Positions 43,225 through 53,266 of a stretch of 64,000 bases of DNA are shown piece after piece. Made by a program: the position numbers and the translations under genes. The notes beneath the pieces were generated by a model, which did not search any database, was not told the origin of the DNA, and worked only from the letters and a program-made list of their open reading frames with translations. The DNA comes from Gemmatimonadales bacterium (lineage in GTDB: Bacteria; Gemmatimonadota; Gemmatimonadetes; Gemmatimonadales; GWC2-71-9): positions 19,614 through 83,613 of the forward strand of contig DASZCN010000101.1 in the NCBI GenBank assembly GCA_035943095.1. Reading direction: 5' to 3'. The first letter of the stretch is position 1, and the number at the start of each line of letters is the position of its first letter.

Positions 43225-44606
43225 CCCGCTACGTTGCGCGGAGGCTCGAGCCCCAGTCGGCGCATGCGGCGATAGAGATTGGCGCGATCGGTGGCGAGCC
43301 GGCGCGCGGCCTCGGCCACGTTGCCACGCGCGGCCGAGAGGGCGCGCGCGATGAGCGAGCGCTCGAACCCGTCGAGCGCTTCCGCCAGCCCGATGTCCGT
43401 CCACCCCTCGGGCGCAGGGGCGGGGGCTCCTCCGCCGTCCGTCGGCACGAGGCGGGCGACGTCGTCCGCAGTCACTACATCCCCCGCGGCGAGGATCGCG
43501 AGCCGCTCGAGGATGTTCGCCAGCTCGCGAGCATTCCCGGGCCATGGATACGACGTGAGGAGCTGCACCGCGCCGGCGTCGAACCGGACGGGACGTCCGC
43601 CCCCCAAGCGCGCCGCCAGCCGGGCGGCGAAATGCTGCACCAGCGGCGGGATGTCGTCGGGCCGCTCCCGCAGCGGCGCAATGTGGATCGGCAGGACATT
43701 CAGCCGGAACAGGAGGTCGTCCCGGAAGTGACCCAGTTGTGACGCCTTCCCGAGGTCCTTGTTGGTCGCCGCGATCACCCGGACGTCCACCCGAACGGGC
43801 TTTTCGCCTCCCAGGCGCTCGATCACGCCGGCTTCGAGTACGCGCAGGAGCTTGGCTTGCGCTTCGGGCCCGAGATCGCCGACTTCATCGAGGAATAACG
43901 TTCCGCCGTCGGCCAGCTCGAAACGGCCGACGCGGCGTTCCGTGGCGCCCGTGAATGCGCCGCGCTCGTGCCCGAACATCTCCGATTCCACCAGGTCCTT
44001 CGGGATGGCCGCGCTGTTCACGCAGACGAACGGCCGCGCGGCCCGCGCGCTCTGCCGGTGGATGGCGGAGGCCACGAGCTCCTTGCCGGTGCCCGATTCG
44101 CCCGTGATCAGGACCCGCGCATCGGTCGGCGCCACGCGCGCGATCAGCGCTCGAAGGTCCACCATCGCCTTGCTCACGCCGACCAGTGGGTCGGCGTGCC
44201 CGAGGGCCTCGTGCAAGCGCCGGTTCTCCGCGAGCGTGCGCGACAGCTCGAGCGCCGCCCGGAGCGTCGAGAGCACGCCTTCGGGCGTCAACGGCTTCTC
44301 GAGGAACTGAAAGGCACCGAGCTTGGTCGCCTTCACTGCGTCGGCGAGGTTTGCCTTACCACTCATCATCACCACGGGCAGGTCCGGCGCTACCCGCTTG
44401 AGTTGCTCGAGGGTCGCGAGGCCGTCCGGTCCACCCGGCATCATCAGGTCGAGCAGTACGGCGTCCGGCGGATCCCGCTCCACAGCCGCCAGTGCCGCCG
44501 TTCCGTTGGGGGCTTCCGCGGTTTCGAAACCCTCCGACTCGAGCAGTGCCGCGACCATGCGGCGGATGTTCGCCTCGTCGTCGGCGAGCAGGACGCGAGG
44601 GCTCAT
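43221..44606 (-). CDS. Sigma-54-dependent response regulator (NtrC/NtrX family)
   Basis: Receiver: VLLADDE...LLDLMMPG. AAA+ domain: GESGTGKELVA, GAFTGA, TLFLDEVGDL. C-terminal HTH: GNVAEAARRLATDRANLYRRM. The ATG at 44606 overlaps the kinase stop (ATGA). Confidence 0.92.
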   Translation of the reverse strand: MSPRVLLADDEANIRRMVAALLESEGFETAEAPNGTAALAAVERDPPDAVLLDLMMPGGPDGLATLEQLKRVAPDLPVVMMSGKANLADAVKATKLGAFQFLEKPLTPEGVLSTLRAALELSRTLAENRRLHEALGHADPLVGVSKAMVDLRALIARVAPTDARVLITGESGTGKELVASAIHRQSARAARPFVCVNSAAIPKDLVESEMFGHERGAFTGATERRVGRFELADGGTLFLDEVGDLGPEAQAKLLRVLEAGVIERLGGEKPVRVDVRVIAATNKDLGKASQLGHFRDDLLFRLNVLPIHIAPLRERPDDIPPLVQHFAARLAARLGGGRPVRFDAGAVQLLTSYPWPGNARELANILERLAILAAGDVVTADDVARLVPTDGGGAPAPAPEGWTDIGLAEALDGFERSLIARALSAARGNVAEAARRLATDRANLYRRMRRLGLEPPRNVAG

Positions 44607-45796
44607 GCGGCCGAGAGCACGACGGCAAAGGTGGCGCCGCCGCCCGGCGTCTCGGCGATGCTGATGGTGCCGTGGTGCGCCTCGATGGTCTGGCGCACGA
44701 GCGCGAGCCCAAGCCCGGTCCCGTCCTGTTTGGTCGTGAAGTACGGATCGAACACGCGCTGGCGCAGATCGTCGGGAATGCCGGGGCCGTGATCGGCGAT
44801 GGTCACCAGCAGACCGGCTCCGTCCGTGGTTACTCCGACCTCGATCGCGCCCCGGCCGCCCATCGCCTCCGCGGCGTTGCGGAGCAGGTTCGCGAACGCC
44901 CGCCGCAGCGGGTCGTAGTACCCGAGCACCCGGCACGATCCGCCATTGGCGCGAACGCGCACGTCCACCGCGGGCGGCACGGCGCTCTTTCCCAGATCCA
45001 TGAGCAGGTCCACCAGGTCCACCTCGCTCTTCGGTCCCTCGGGCAGCCGGCCGAACTCAGAAAACTCCTTGGCGAGCCGCTCGAGCCGCTCGGTTTCCGC
45101 CGACATCACATCGATCGCGACGCCGGTCCGGCTGTCCGACCGGCCGTCCGTCCGCCGCATCTGATCGACGGCGATGCGCATGGCCGTGAGCGGGTTCTTG
45201 ATCTCGTGTGCCACGCGCCGCGCCACCTCGCGGAACGCCCGCAGCCGCTCCGCCTCGAGCTCGCGGTCCCGCGCGGTCTCGAGCGCGGTCGCGAGCTCGC
45301 GCAACGCCTGGCGCAGCGCCTCGAACTCGGGCGCTCCGCGCGTGGGGGGGCCTGCCGGCAGCGGCATGCGACGCCGGATGAATCGCGTCCACCCGACCAG
45401 CTCGTCGATCGGCCGGGAGAGCTGGCGTGACAAATGACCCGCAACTCGCACCGCCGCGATGATCACCAGCGCCCCGAACACGATCACGACCGCCGCGAAC
45501 CCGCCCGCGTAATAGCGCAGGTAGGTTTCGGCGCGGCGGGCGAGCGTCACGGAATTCGAGAGCTGCTCGAGATGGTCACGCATGGCGGCCCGCTCACGAG
45601 CCGTGAGGTGTGTCGTATCCACTCGGTCCACCATGTGCCGGGCCGACGCCGCCACCTCCTCCAGCGCGACGCGTGCTCCGGCCGAGGGCGCGACGGTTCG
45701 CACGGCGAGCGCCCAGCCCACCACGGCGAGGGCGGTCGGGACGGCAGTCAACGCGACGAGGATCACGAAGATCCGCTGCCGGAAGGGAAGCGGCAT
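44603..45796 (-). CDS. Membrane sensor histidine kinase (two TM, HAMP, HisKA-HATPase; NtrY-like)
   Basis: H-box: VAHEIKNPLTAMRIAVDQM. N-box: LLRNAAEAM. G-boxes: DHGPGIP and GTGLGLALV. Confidence 0.88.
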   Translation of the reverse strand: MPLPFRQRIFVILVALTAVPTALAVVGWALAVRTVAPSAGARVALEEVAASARHMVDRVDTTHLTARERAAMRDHLEQLSNSVTLARRAETYLRYYAGGFAAVVIVFGALVIIAAVRVAGHLSRQLSRPIDELVGWTRFIRRRMPLPAGPPTRGAPEFEALRQALRELATALETARDRELEAERLRAFREVARRVAHEIKNPLTAMRIAVDQMRRTDGRSDSRTGVAIDVMSAETERLERLAKEFSEFGRLPEGPKSEVDLVDLLMDLGKSAVPPAVDVRVRANGGSCRVLGYYDPLRRAFANLLRNAAEAMGGRGAIEVGVTTDGAGLLVTIADHGPGIPDDLRQRVFDPYFTTKQDGTGLGLALVRQTIEAHHGTISIAETPGGGATFAVVLSAA

Positions 45797-45863
45797 ATTT
45801 CAAGGCCAATCTAGGGGTTCGGCTTTCGTGTGACAATTCGACACGGTCGAAAGAAACCAAAAT

Positions 45864-45947
45864 GGGAGAGGGGAGAAGGGAGAGGTTCGCTCGTGCAACG
45901 CAACTCACCTTGCGCTGGAGCGTACCTCTCCCCTCTCCCTTCTCCCC
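45864..45947. repeat. Oligopurine/oligopyrimidine long hairpin in the kinase/yjbQ divergent spacer
   Basis: gggagaggggagaagggagaggt (45864-45886) pairs with acctctcccctctcccttctcccc (45924-45947). That is 23 positions with 1 mismatch and 1 G-T. The 37-nt loop is itself partly self-complementary. The 15-mer cctctcccctctccc recurs at 5076-5090. Confidence 0.8.
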
Positions 45948-45959
45948 GGCGAGGAGACG

Positions 45960-46379
45960 ATGCGGAGCCATACTCACTACCTCTGGTTCAATACCAAGTC
46001 CCGCCAGGAAATCATCGACATCACCGACCAGGTGGCCCAGCAGGTACGCGAGAGCGGCGTGGTCGAGGGCCTGACGCTGGTCAGCGCCATGCACATCACC
46101 GCGTCCGTATTCGTGAACGATCACGAATCGGGGCTATGGTCTGATATCCTGAAGTGGCTCGAGACCACGGTCGCCCCGTGGGACCCCAAGCGGTATCGCC
46201 ACAACGAGACCGGGGAAGACAACGCGGCGGCTCACCTGCGCAGCCTTACGATCGGGCACGAGGTGATCGTGCCGGTGACCGCCGGCAAGCTCGACCTCGG
46301 GCCCTGGCAACGCGTGTTCTACGGGGAGTGGGATGGCCAGCGCAAGAAGCGCGTGGTCATCAAGGTGCTGGGGGAGTAG
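45960..46379 (+). CDS. yjbQ: YjbQ/UPF0047 family protein (secondary thiamine-phosphate synthase-like)
   Basis: [39 protein letters not shown]...[39 protein letters not shown]. This is the canonical family sequence. An RBS (gaggag) precedes the ATG. Confidence 0.9.
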   Translation: MRSHTHYLWFNTKSRQEIIDITDQVAQQVRESGVVEGLTLVSAMHITASVFVNDHESGLWSDILKWLETTVAPWDPKRYRHNETGEDNAAAHLRSLTIGHEVIVPVTAGKLDLGPWQRVFYGEWDGQRKKRVVIKVLGE

Positions 46380-47412
46380 CGGAAATGAGAGTGCTCTCGG
46401 TTAGGAAGTCGCGTCCGCCTCCCCTGGTCTTGATGAGCCAACCGCGGTCCTTGCTCGCCCACAACGTGAGCGGTGTTTCGTCTCCAGTTCGCATCTCAAT
46501 TTTCCAGCAATTAAATCGCCCGGCGGGAACGTCAATTCGGTCGCTCCCGAGGACTCTGAAGTCGAGAGGTGGGAACGGCGAGGCGCCTGGAACGCGACCG
46601 ATCAGGCCGACCGAATACACGCTGCCTTGCCACCCCCGGACCAGCGGAAGCGCCTGCAGCAGCATGGCGACGTCGTAGCGGGCCCACCGTAACACCAGTG
46701 GCGCGTCCTCGGCAGTGGGAAGTTTCGCCCTCGCGCGCCAGCTCCGAGGGTGAGGTCCGGTAATGTCGACTGCTTCACGCAGGCTGTCATGAGCGAAGTG
46801 CCGAGCGGCGTGAATCCGCTCGCCCGTCATGGACCATTCGATCGGCCGGAGCGTTTGCCGCACGAAGTACGTTGTGTCGGGCGGAACGTAGAATGTGTCC
46901 CCAGTCGGAGTCTGACCCACCAGCTTTTGAATCATCAGCCACGCAGGCTGTTCTGCCCGCACCGCCTCACGGACCGTAATCGTCAAACGATTGTGGCACT
47001 TGGTGAGAACCTCGTCTATCGTGGCGCACATGTCGTACGTCCAAGTTCCCGCCTGAACTCGCGACGCGTCCACGTGGCGTACCAGGTCGTATCGAGGGGC
47101 GCGAGGCGGACCTGTCTGCTGGGCCAGCGCCGCTCGGGGCCACAGTGACAGCGCTGCAGCAATGTCCTCATAGCCGGTATCGGAGGCAACAGGACTCCGC
47201 TCGCGAATGCGTGAGCTCATCACGACGGCCAGCGCTACCCCTGCGGCGACTGCGCCGACGATCCAGCGCGTGCGATCGCGGCTTACGTGCGGGAGGGCTA
47301 CGCGGATTCCGGTAGCCCTGCTCTCGAGGATTTTGGGCAACAGGTGCGGCGGCGGCTCGGGCGCGGTCAATGCCCTGAGCCCTCGTTGAATCTCGTCGAC
47401 CGTTCTCTTCAT
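46360..47412 (-). CDS. Putative anti-sigma factor: short cytoplasmic N-terminus, one TM, about 280-aa extracytoplasmic domain
   Basis: The ATG at 47412 overlaps the ECF sigma stop (ATGA). The TM segment is [16 protein letters not shown]. There is no HxxxCxxC zinc motif. The C-terminal domain is unassigned. Confidence 0.5.
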   Translation of the reverse strand: MKRTVDEIQRGLRALTAPEPPPHLLPKILESRATGIRVALPHVSRDRTRWIVGAVAAGVALAVVMSSRIRERSPVASDTGYEDIAAALSLWPRAALAQQTGPPRAPRYDLVRHVDASRVQAGTWTYDMCATIDEVLTKCHNRLTITVREAVRAEQPAWLMIQKLVGQTPTGDTFYVPPDTTYFVRQTLRPIEWSMTGERIHAARHFAHDSLREAVDITGPHPRSWRARAKLPTAEDAPLVLRWARYDVAMLLQALPLVRGWQGSVYSVGLIGRVPGASPFPPLDFRVLGSDRIDVPAGRFNCWKIEMRTGDETPLTLWASKDRGWLIKTRGGGRDFLTESTLISATPPAP

Positions 47413-47918
47413 CGCCCATCCTCCAGTGCCTTGCGGAGACGTCGCAGCGCGCGGGCCGCGCGCACGCGCGAAGCGCCGACGCTGATCCCGAGGAGATCCG
47501 CCACCTCGCCGTGCGAGTAGCCTTCGACCTCTCTGAGCATGACCACGACCCACAACGAGTCGGGAAGCCCGTTCACCGCACTCTCCAACGCCGAGGCATC
47601 CGTGCTGGCGGGGAGAGTCGGTTGCTGATCCGCGAAGTTCAACGGGACCTGGCGGCGGCGGGCGCGGCCCCGCAGCCGCAGGAGCGCGACGCGTGCGGTC
47701 ACGCGTTTCAGCCAGCTCGTGAATTTCCCTCGCTCTTCATACCGAGCGAGCGCCTCGGGAAGGCCGACGAACACGTCGTGCACCACGTCCTCGGCATCCT
47801 CGCGAGTTCCCGTGAGCCGGTATGCCAGGCGATACAGAGCGCCTCCGTGCTCTCGGTAGAGCGCGGCCAGCGCCTCCGGACTACCGGCCCGGACCGCCTC
47901 GATCAAGGCTGCGCTCAT
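47409..47918 (-). CDS. ECF-type RNA polymerase sigma factor (sigma-70 family, regions 2 and 4)
   Basis: ...[14 protein letters not shown]... (region 2) and ...[32 protein letters not shown] (region 4 HTH). Confidence 0.9.
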   Translation of the reverse strand: MSAALIEAVRAGSPEALAALYREHGGALYRLAYRLTGTREDAEDVVHDVFVGLPEALARYEERGKFTSWLKRVTARVALLRLRGRARRRQVPLNFADQQPTLPASTDASALESAVNGLPDSLWVVVMLREVEGYSHGEVADLLGISVGASRVRAARALRRLRKALEDGR

Positions 47919-48040
47919 CGGCCTCTACGCCAATGCTCTTGGATGGCAAAACGTTACCTCTTACGCCGCTCGCTCCGCGCCCCGTCGTTTGGCCTACCTC
48001 TTTTCACGCAAGTTGTTTATTTTCAAAGGTTCCCAACGTT

Positions 48041-49633
48041 GTGAGGGACGTGGCAGACGTCGTGACAGGTCATTTAGCGGCGCTCTTTGCGCGAGCTGCG
48101 CAGGAGCATCCCGACCGAGAGTTCCTTGTATACGGTTCGCGCCGCATGACCTACGGGCAGGTGGAGCGTGAAGTCGTCGCGCTGGCTGAGTCGCTGGCCG
48201 GCCTGGGCCTCCGGAACGGGGACCGGCTGGCGGTGGACCTGCCGAACTGGCCGGAATGGGTGGTTACTCTGCTCGCCGCTGCATATCGCGGCGTCGTCCT
48301 CGTCCCCCTTGATCCCTCCCTCGCGATCCACGAGCGCAAGTACCAGCTCCGGCATGCCGAAGTACGTGCGGCAGTGGCGCCCGAGGGCTACGAGGGAACG
48401 GACTTCCTCGAGCTGTACGACGAGCTGCTGCCGGACTTGCCCGAGCTGCGCGCGCTCATCCTCGTGGGCGCGAGCGATCGCTGGCTCGACGACCGCGTGT
48501 ATCGTTACGCGGACCTTATTTCCAAGCGCCCCGCGACGCCGGGAGTGATCGCGACCGGCGATCCCACCACGCTCCCGCTGGCGATCCTCTACACGTCCGG
48601 AACGATGGGCAAACCGAAGGGCGTCACGCTGTCCCACGGCAACATCACCATGACGGCACGCGCCTCGTGTGAGGCGGTGGGGCATACCGGGAGCGACCGG
48701 GTACTGGGGGCGGTTCCGGTGTTCACGATCTTCGGCGTACATGTCGTGGCCGTCACCATCACCGCCGGCGCGACGCTGGTGCTGCAAGAGCGCTTCGACG
48801 CAGGCGCTGCACTGGAGCTGATCCAGCGTGAGCGGCTGACGATGGTGCATGGCGTTCCGACGATGTTCGAGCTCCTCATGCGTCATCCCTCGTTTGCGAA
48901 GTTGAGGCCGACGACGTGCCGGTCGGGCCTCGTCGCCGGCAGCCCGGTCTCGCCCGATCTGGCGCGGCGCATCCGGCAGTGGTGCGACGTCCAGATCGCC
49001 TATGGGCTTACCGAGACCGGGCCCACGGTGACGGTGACCCGGTTCGAGGATCCGGCGGAGCGGCGGGCACACACGGTCGGCCGGCCGATCGCGGGCGTGA
49101 CCGTGAAGGCCGTCGACTTGAAGAACGGCAGCCTGCATGGGCCCGAGGCCGTGGGCGAGCTGGCGGTGCGGGGACCGAACGTGATGCTGGGCTACGACCG
49201 GATGCCCGGCGAAACGTCGCGGTCCGTCACCGCCGAGGGATTTTTCTTGACGGGCGACCTGGCCCTCGTCGACGAGGACGGCTACGTCAAGATTCTGGGC
49301 CGCCGGGCGGAGGTCATCATCCGCGGCGGCTACAAGATTTATCCACGCGAGCTGGAGGATCTCCTCCGGACGCACCCTGCCGTGGGCGACGCGAGCGTCG
49401 TCGGCATCCCCAACGAGATGCTCGGGGAGCTGATCTGTGCCTGCGTCGTGCCCACGGAGGGATCCATCGTGACAGGCGACGAGCTCAAGGACTTCTGTCG
49501 TGAAGCCGTCGCCGACTACAAAGTGCCCGACCTGGTGCGCTTCTTCGATGTCCTGCCGCTGACCGGAAGCGGCAAGGTGAAGCGAAGGGAGCTCGCGCAG
49601 GTCGTCGGCTTGGAGCTGAGCACAACCCCATGA
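48041..49633 (+). CDS. AMP-dependent acyl-CoA synthetase/ligase (FadD-like)
   Basis: [14 protein letters not shown] (AMP-binding motif), [27 protein letters not shown]. The start is uncertain. I use in-frame GTG 48041. Confidence 0.85.
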   Translation: MRDVADVVTGHLAALFARAAQEHPDREFLVYGSRRMTYGQVEREVVALAESLAGLGLRNGDRLAVDLPNWPEWVVTLLAAAYRGVVLVPLDPSLAIHERKYQLRHAEVRAAVAPEGYEGTDFLELYDELLPDLPELRALILVGASDRWLDDRVYRYADLISKRPATPGVIATGDPTTLPLAILYTSGTMGKPKGVTLSHGNITMTARASCEAVGHTGSDRVLGAVPVFTIFGVHVVAVTITAGATLVLQERFDAGAALELIQRERLTMVHGVPTMFELLMRHPSFAKLRPTTCRSGLVAGSPVSPDLARRIRQWCDVQIAYGLTETGPTVTVTRFEDPAERRAHTVGRPIAGVTVKAVDLKNGSLHGPEAVGELAVRGPNVMLGYDRMPGETSRSVTAEGFFLTGDLALVDEDGYVKILGRRAEVIIRGGYKIYPRELEDLLRTHPAVGDASVVGIPNEMLGELICACVVPTEGSIVTGDELKDFCREAVADYKVPDLVRFFDVLPLTGSGKVKRRELAQVVGLELSTTP

Positions 49634-51579
49634 CCCAACCGCCGCATTCGTATCTGCCTCGGCAGCACAAGGAGCCGCCGGCCCACGCGCCGAACGCTGC
49701 GCTCCTGATCGACTTCGACAACGTGACGATGGCGATCCGCTCGGATCTGCAGACGGAGCTGAAACGCCTCCTCCAGTCCGAAATCATCCGTGGTAAGGTC
49801 GCCGTCCAGCGCGCCTACGCCGACTGGCGACGCTACCAACAATACGTCGTGCCGCTCGCGGAATCCTCGATCGATCTGATCTTCGCGCCGGCCTACGGTT
49901 CCAACAAGAAGAACGCGACCGACATCCGTCTTGCCATCGACGCATTGGAGCTCGTGTTCACGCGGCCCGAGATCGGTACGTTCATCCTCCTCTCGGGCGA
50001 TTCTGACTTCTCCGCCCTGGTCCTGAAGCTCAAGGAGTACGGCAAATACGTGATCGGCGTGGGGATCCGCGAGTCGTCGAGCGACTTGTTGATTCAGAAC
50101 TGCGACGAGTACTACTCCTACAACGAGCTCGCCGGATTCACGAAGGAGAGCGACGTCACGCACGTGCGCCACGACCCCTGGGAGCTCGTGGTCGAGGCCG
50201 TCAAGCAGATGACGGCGCACAACGACGTGATGCGCTCCGATCGCCTGAAGCAGGTGATGCAGGAGATCGACCCGAACTTCGACGAAAAGGACGCAGGGTT
50301 CTCGCGGTTCTCGAAGTTCGTGGTCGAAGCGGCCCATCGGGGGCTGATCAACCTCACGAAGCTGGACAACGGTCAGTACGAGATCGGGCTGGGCTCCGAG
50401 GTGCCAGGGGCGGCGGCGCAGCCGTCGATCCGAGGCTCCGCTGAGCGATCACGAGGTGGGACTGGAGGGGGCCGCGGAGCAAGCCGCCGCGCAGGCGGCC
50501 GCGGGCAGGAGATGCCGGAGCCGGCCGGCGAAGCGGCACCAGCCCCCTCCTCCCCGGCGCGGCGCAGTGGCTTCTCGCTGGATGGCGCGTTTGGGCTCAT
50601 CAAGCAGGCCATCGGCAAGCTCGGAGGCGAGTCGCGGCCCGTGAGCGCCGAAGAGATCGGCGAGGCCATGGCCCAGATCAAGGGCGACGACGAGCCGATC
50701 GAGCCGGGGCAGGTGCAGAAACTCCTGCGCCAGGCGCATGACCGCGAGCTGATCGACCTCGCGAAAGAGGACGACGGCGCCTACACCGTCAAGCTACGGG
50801 AGGCGACGTCGCCCCCCCCCATGGCTCAACCGGAACCAGCCGCCGTCGCCGACGCTGACGAGGCGAACGACCCGCCGATGCCCGAGTCGTCCGCGCCGCC
50901 GTCGATGCGGCCCGCCCTCCAGGTGCCACCAGCGGGTGGAATCCCCTCTCGCAGCGCGCGGTTCCGCCGCGGCTCGCGCGGGCCGCGGGTCGCGCCGCCC
51001 GAGGTCCCCAAGATCGGTGTCGTCGAGGTTGATCCTAACTTCAAACCACGCATTGAGTTACTTCCTCCCAAGCCGACTGCCCCCGCGCCGCTCGCCTCCG
51101 AGGGCGCGCCCGTCGAGGCGCCGTCCGGTGGTGGCATCGAAAGGCCGGAGCCGAGGAGTGGTGGCGGTGAGCGAGGGCGCGGCGGGCGCGGGGGGCGCGG
51201 CCGTCAGGGAGGTAGCGGCGGTGGGGACGAGCGAGAGTCCGCTCTGGGTGATCGTGGAGACCGGGGACAACGCGGCGAGCGCAGCGAGCGCGGTGAGCGT
51301 GGTGGTCGGGGCCGTCGCGGCGGCCGCGGGCGAGGCGGTCGCGGGCGAAGCGCCGGCCGGGCGGGGGGCGGCGGGGGGGAGCCACGCAACGGGGAGCGCG
51401 CGGAGCCTCGAGAACCGCTCGAGCCGCGGATTGGGGCAGCCGGGGGCGGGGGGGCCGCTGACTCACGCCCGTCCACGCCTCCCCCGCCTCCCAAGCCGCC
51501 GGCTCGCGAATCGGACGGCGAGGGCGAGGGAGAGTCCTTCTGGTCGAGAGTCAAGCGCGGGCTCACCGGCGGGGCGTGA
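49630..51579 (+). CDS. NYN (LabA-like PIN-fold nuclease) + two OST-HTH/LOTUS domains + about 200-aa Arg/Gly-rich low-complexity tail
   Basis: NYN: ALLIDFDNV...[34 protein letters not shown]-like: [12 protein letters not shown]...[20 protein letters not shown], plus a second copy [11 protein letters not shown]...[13 protein letters not shown]. Tail: ...[22 protein letters not shown]...[29 protein letters not shown]... The ATG overlaps the ligase stop (ATGA). Confidence 0.8.
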   Translation: MTQPPHSYLPRQHKEPPAHAPNAALLIDFDNVTMAIRSDLQTELKRLLQSEIIRGKVAVQRAYADWRRYQQYVVPLAESSIDLIFAPAYGSNKKNATDIRLAIDALELVFTRPEIGTFILLSGDSDFSALVLKLKEYGKYVIGVGIRESSSDLLIQNCDEYYSYNELAGFTKESDVTHVRHDPWELVVEAVKQMTAHNDVMRSDRLKQVMQEIDPNFDEKDAGFSRFSKFVVEAAHRGLINLTKLDNGQYEIGLGSEVPGAAAQPSIRGSAERSRGGTGGGRGASRRAGGRGQEMPEPAGEAAPAPSSPARRSGFSLDGAFGLIKQAIGKLGGESRPVSAEEIGEAMAQIKGDDEPIEPGQVQKLLRQAHDRELIDLAKEDDGAYTVKLREATSPPPMAQPEPAAVADADEANDPPMPESSAPPSMRPALQVPPAGGIPSRSARFRRGSRGPRVAPPEVPKIGVVEVDPNFKPRIELLPPKPTAPAPLASEGAPVEAPSGGGIERPEPRSGGGERGRGGRGGRGRQGGSGGGDERESALGDRGDRGQRGERSERGERGGRGRRGGRGRGGRGRSAGRAGGGGGEPRNGERAEPREPLEPRIGAAGGGGAADSRPSTPPPPPKPPARESDGEGEGESFWSRVKRGLTGGA

Positions 51580-52169
51580 CGCGCTCCTCCGGAGCGCTGC
51601 CGGCATCGTTCTACGCGCGACCCACTCCCGAGGTCGCGCGTAGGCTTTTGGGGCACGTATTGGTGAGCGACATCGGTGGCCGCCGCACCGCGGGCCGGAT
51701 CGTCGAGACGGAGGCGTATCTCGGTCCCGAGGATCCTGCGAGTCACGGTTACCGCGCGCGGCGCACGCGCCGTAACGAGAGCCTCTTCGCCCCGCCCGGC
51801 ACTGCGTACGTCTACTTCACCTACGGCATGCACTGGTGCCTGAACGCCGTGACCGAGCGGGCCGGCTTTCCCTCGGCGGTGTTGATCCGCGCGGTCCAAC
51901 CGCTCGAGGGGCTCGACACGATGCGGCGGCGCCGCGGTGGCGTCGACGATCGGCAGCTCTGCTCCGGGCCGGCCAAATTGTGCCAGGCTCTCGGCGTCAC
52001 CGGTCGGCAGGACGGCGTGCCACTGACGGGGCGCAGCGGGTTGCGGATCGTGCGGAACGAGATACGACAGCGTCCAGCCATCACCACGACACCACGAATC
52101 GGCATCACCCACGCGGCCGCATGGCCGTTGCGATTTCTGATCGAGGACTCTCCATGGGTGTCCCGCTAG
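51576..52169 (+). CDS. mpg: DNA-3-methyladenine glycosylase (Mpg/AAG family)
   Basis: FYARPTPEVARRLLG...GRIVETEAYLGPEDPASHGY...RNESLF..PGTAYVYFTYGMHWCLN. The GTG start overlaps the NYN gene stop (GTGA at 51576-51579). Confidence 0.9.
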   Translation: MTRSSGALPASFYARPTPEVARRLLGHVLVSDIGGRRTAGRIVETEAYLGPEDPASHGYRARRTRRNESLFAPPGTAYVYFTYGMHWCLNAVTERAGFPSAVLIRAVQPLEGLDTMRRRRGGVDDRQLCSGPAKLCQALGVTGRQDGVPLTGRSGLRIVRNEIRQRPAITTTPRIGITHAAAWPLRFLIEDSPWVSR

Positions 52170-53266
52170 GTCTGCTGCTCATGCTCCAACAGCCTATCAT
52201 CGTGGACGGCCACATCGATACGCCGCAGCGCATGCTGGACATGAGAACGGACATCTCGGCGCGCCTCGCGGACGGGCACATTGACGTCCCGCGCATGCGC
52301 GAGGGCGGACTCACCGCCGCGTTCTTTTCGATCTGGGTCGACGCCCGCTACGGGCGGGGAACGGCGTTCCAGCGGGCGATCGACTTGATCGGCGCGGTGC
52401 GGTCGCTGGCCGACACGAACCACGACGTCGAGCTTGCGACCACCGCCGAGGAGGTGCGGGCGGCCGCCGCCCGCGGGCACATCGCCGCGCTCATGGGGGT
52501 CGAGGGCGGGCATGCGATCGAAAACTCCCTCGAGAAGCTCGACTCCCTGTACCGCCTCGGCGTGCGCTACATGACGCTCACCTGGAACAACAGCAACGAC
52601 TGGGCGGGCTCGTCCAGCGATGAGCGGCGCCGCGGGGGATTGACCCAGTTCGGGCGACGCGTGGTGCGGCGGATGAACGAGCTGGGGATGCTGGTGGACG
52701 TGTCCCACGTGTCGGATGCCACGTTCTGGGACGTGCTGGCAACGAGCACCAAACCGGTGATCGCCTCACACTCGTCCTGCCGCGCCCTGGCCCACAACCC
52801 GCGTAACTTGAGCGACGACCAGCTGCGTGCCATCGCCCGGAACGGGGGCGTGGTGGGAATCAACTTCTACCCGGTGTTCCTGGACGACCACTTCCGCCAA
52901 CAGTACGAAGAGCTCCGACGCCGTCTCAAGCCCGAGACGGATGCCATCCACGTGCGGTACCGCGGCCATCCGGGGGAGTCGGCGTTCGAGGTGGACAAGT
53001 TCGTGGGTCAGCACGCGGAGAGCCTCGACGTTCCGTCGATCGATCGGCTCCTGGACCACATCGACCACGCGGTGCAGGTGATGGGCATCGACCACGTGGC
53101 CTTGGGCAGCGACTTCGACGGCATCAGCGTGCTACCGATGCCCATGAAAGACGCGACGTCGCTGCCCGAGCTCGTCCGCGCGCTTCACGGCCGCGGCTAC
53201 TCGGACGGCGACGTCCGCAAGATCCTCGGTGAGAACTTCCTGCGCCTGCTTACTGCCGGTCCGTGA
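52154..53266 (+). CDS. Membrane dipeptidase (peptidase family M19)
   Basis: IIVDGHIDTP..., MGVEGGHAIENSL..., RYMTLTWNNSN, VDVSHVSD, ASHSS..., ALGSDFDG. Confidence 0.9.
   Translation: MGVPLGLLLMLQQPIIVDGHIDTPQRMLDMRTDISARLADGHIDVPRMREGGLTAAFFSIWVDARYGRGTAFQRAIDLIGAVRSLADTNHDVELATTAEEVRAAAARGHIAALMGVEGGHAIENSLEKLDSLYRLGVRYMTLTWNNSNDWAGSSSDERRRGGLTQFGRRVVRRMNELGMLVDVSHVSDATFWDVLATSTKPVIASHSSCRALAHNPRNLSDDQLRAIARNGGVVGINFYPVFLDDHFRQQYEELRRRLKPETDAIHVRYRGHPGESAFEVDKFVGQHAESLDVPSIDRLLDHIDHAVQVMGIDHVALGSDFDGISVLPMPMKDATSLPELVRALHGRGYSDGDVRKILGENFLRLLTAGP

Noticed and set aside
47919-48040. ECF-type autoregulatory promoter upstream of the sigma factor gene (minus-strand GGGAAC ... CGTG).
   Set aside because: The spacing between the AAC and CGT elements is about 20 nt. 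The usual spacing is 16-17 nt. Alternative pairs in the spacer lack one of the two elements.
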